Position numbers and translations under genes: made by a program | In this document: positions 63,068 to 64,000 of the stretch, piece by piece | Layout: every line of letters begins with the position of its first letter | Position numbering within the stretch: the stretch's first letter is position 1 | The notes under the pieces: generated by a model | The model's input: the letters and a program-made list of their open reading frames with translations, nothing else | Databases searched by the model: none | Told to the model about the DNA's origin: nothing | NCBI GenBank assembly: GCA_022842645.1 | Contig: JALHPE010000001.1 | Coordinates: forward strand, 71,711-135,710 | From: Minisyncoccota bacterium | GTDB lineage: Bacteria; Patescibacteriota; Minisyncoccia; Phycocordibacterales; UBA2100 | DNA length: 64,000 nt | Direction: 5' to 3'

Positions 63068-64000
63068 ATGCAAAATGAAAATCAAAACTTAATAGACGCG
63101 CTTCGATACTGCCAGTTGGGATTCTCGGTGATACCAGTGAACTTTCAGAGCAAGGTGCCCCTTGTGAACTGGCGGGAATACCAAAGCAAGCGTGCTTCAA
63201 GTGAACAGATTGAATACTGGTTTAAGAATCCAGAGGTCAATGTGGGCATTGTTACAGGCGTCATCTCTGGAATTGTAATTGTAGATATTGATACTAAAGA
63301 GAAAATCGGCAGACCATTACCTCCAACCGCAACAACTCGCACGGGTGGTGGTGGCTCACATTTTGTATATAGACATCCTGGGATTCCAGTAAAGACTGTT
63401 GCTGGACTACTCCCTGGGGTTGATATAAGAGGTGACGGAGGATATGCGGTGTTTCCACCATCAACGCACCAAAACGGTAACAAGTACGAATGGATAATAC
63501 CGCCAGAGGACGGAATTACTGAACTGCCAGAATGGGTACTTGAGGAACTGTCCAAAAAGCCACCTCAAAACACAGGAAAGATACCCGAAGGCGCAAGAAA
63601 CTCTGCTGCAACACAGGTTGCTGGCAGGTTGCTTAGCGGTGCCCTCACAGAAGAACTCTCGGCGCTTGCTTGGGAAACTATGAAGCAGTGGAATGAGGAG
63701 AAGTGTGAGCCACGCCTGCCAGACAAAGAACTACGCGCAACCTTTGAGAGCATCTTTAGGCGTGAATCAACTAAGCGAGCGACAGAAAAATCTCACTACG
63801 AGTTGCAGACCATCACGCTATCGGAATTGGCTGCAATGGAGTTTTCAGCTCCAAGATGGCTGGTAGATAAACTCATACCACACGAGTCTGTGACTATCAT
63901 TTCTGGAGCACCCGCATCGTACAAGACGTTCATTACGCTCGATATTGCACTCAAGGTGTCTCGTGGGGAAAAATTGTTCGGCGAGTTTGAAACGAGCAAA
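63068..64000 (+). CDS. Bifunctional DNA primase-polymerase (Prim-Pol) N-terminal domain fused to a P4/RepA-like AAA ATPase, 5' partial (runs off the window)
   Basis: My own translation from ATG 63068: SVIPVNFQSKVPLVNWREYQ, then IVDIDTKE, then GVDIRGDGGYAVFPPSTH, then NKYEWI. This is the Prim-Pol signature. It is followed by VTIISGAPASYKTFITLDIA, a Walker-A-like AAA_25 motif. Absent from the ORF track because it has no stop in the window. Confidence 0.75.
   Translation, partial: MQNENQNLIDALRYCQLGFSVIPVNFQSKVPLVNWREYQSKRASSEQIEYWFKNPEVNVGIVTGVISGIVIVDIDTKEKIGRPLPPTATTRTGGGGSHFVYRHPGIPVKTVAGLLPGVDIRGDGGYAVFPPSTHQNGNKYEWIIPPEDGITELPEWVLEELSKKPPQNTGKIPEGARNSAATQVAGRLLSGALTEELSALAWETMKQWNEEKCEPRLPDKELRATFESIFRRESTKRATEKSHYELQTITLSELAAMEFSAPRWLVDKLIPHESVTIISGAPASYKTFITLDIALKVSRGEKLFGEFETSK

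Larger units (their letters stand above)
52957..64000. mobile_element. Putative integrative element / defence island (partial, continues beyond the window)
   Basis: Visibly AT-richer than the flanking chromosome. Carries an excisionase-like HTH, a Prim-Pol plus AAA replication protein, a restriction-modification system, an RloC-like nuclease, and a hairpin- and repeat-rich non-coding edge. No integrase lies within the window. Confidence 0.5.

Noticed and set aside
63145-63555. 136-aa minus-strand ORF in the track
   Set aside because: It lies entirely antisense to the clearly recognisable Prim-Pol coding sequence on the plus strand (my translation from ATG 63068). Its Gly/Pro/Ser-rich composition is a typical shadow ORF.
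1-64000. CRISPR arrays, rRNA genes and canonical tRNA genes
   Set aside because: No regularly spaced direct repeats of 24-40 nt were seen. No rRNA-like conserved stretches and no foldable tRNA cloverleaf were found in the intergenic regions I scanned. This is consistent with none being present in this window.

Overview
This 64-kb window comes from a moderately GC-rich bacterial chromosome; the phylum cannot be resolved from the sequence alone. It is densely coded on both strands, and many small secreted or membrane proteins have no recognisable family. The 6-frame track uses ATG, GTG and TTG starts and reports the longest ORF, so I re-derived several starts by reading the DNA, often at ATG codons that overlap the upstream stop as ATGA.

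Recognisable core genes are uppP, gdhA, tgt, glmS, typA, a DEAD-box helicase, a photolyase, an RluA-family pseudouridine synthase, an IMPDH-family enzyme without CBS domains, and a MacAB-like ABC exporter with its HlyD adaptor.

Four clusters look like accessory regions:
- Envelope thiol and metal module (3.1-5.6 kb): a TlpA/DipZ-like redoxin, CcdA, and a thioredoxin carrying a methionine-rich repeat.
- Sugar and cell-wall glycan locus (9.9-19.2 kb): a UXS-like epimerase/dehydratase, a polytopic GT2 synthase, a creatininase-family protein, a SemiSWEET-like PQ-loop protein, two PIG-L deacetylases, a WbqC-like protein, a GH18 hydrolase and a nucleotide-sugar dehydrogenase.
- Periplasmic copper/redox island (35.4-40.7 kb): an HMBD-membrane fusion, three DUF305 domains, SIMPL, Excalibur, DoxX and a cupredoxin. 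No P-type ATPase or multicopper oxidase is present.
- Visibly AT-richer putative integrative defence element (about 53-64 kb, running off the window). It starts with a 0.7-kb hairpin- and repeat-dense non-coding region containing a cloverleaf-like composite palindrome. It then carries an RloC-like Rad50/zinc-hook anticodon nuclease, a type I restriction-modification system whose methylase and specificity subunits are fused (two target-recognition domains) next to a compact HsdR, an excisionase-like HTH, small unknown ORFs, and a Prim-Pol plus AAA replication protein.

Two families of perfect palindromic REP-like repeats each occur twice. A 32-nt perfect palindrome sits upstream of a TehB-like methyltransferase. 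An alaE (L-alanine exporter) homolog has a structured 200-nt leader. No rRNA, canonical tRNA or CRISPR array was found.
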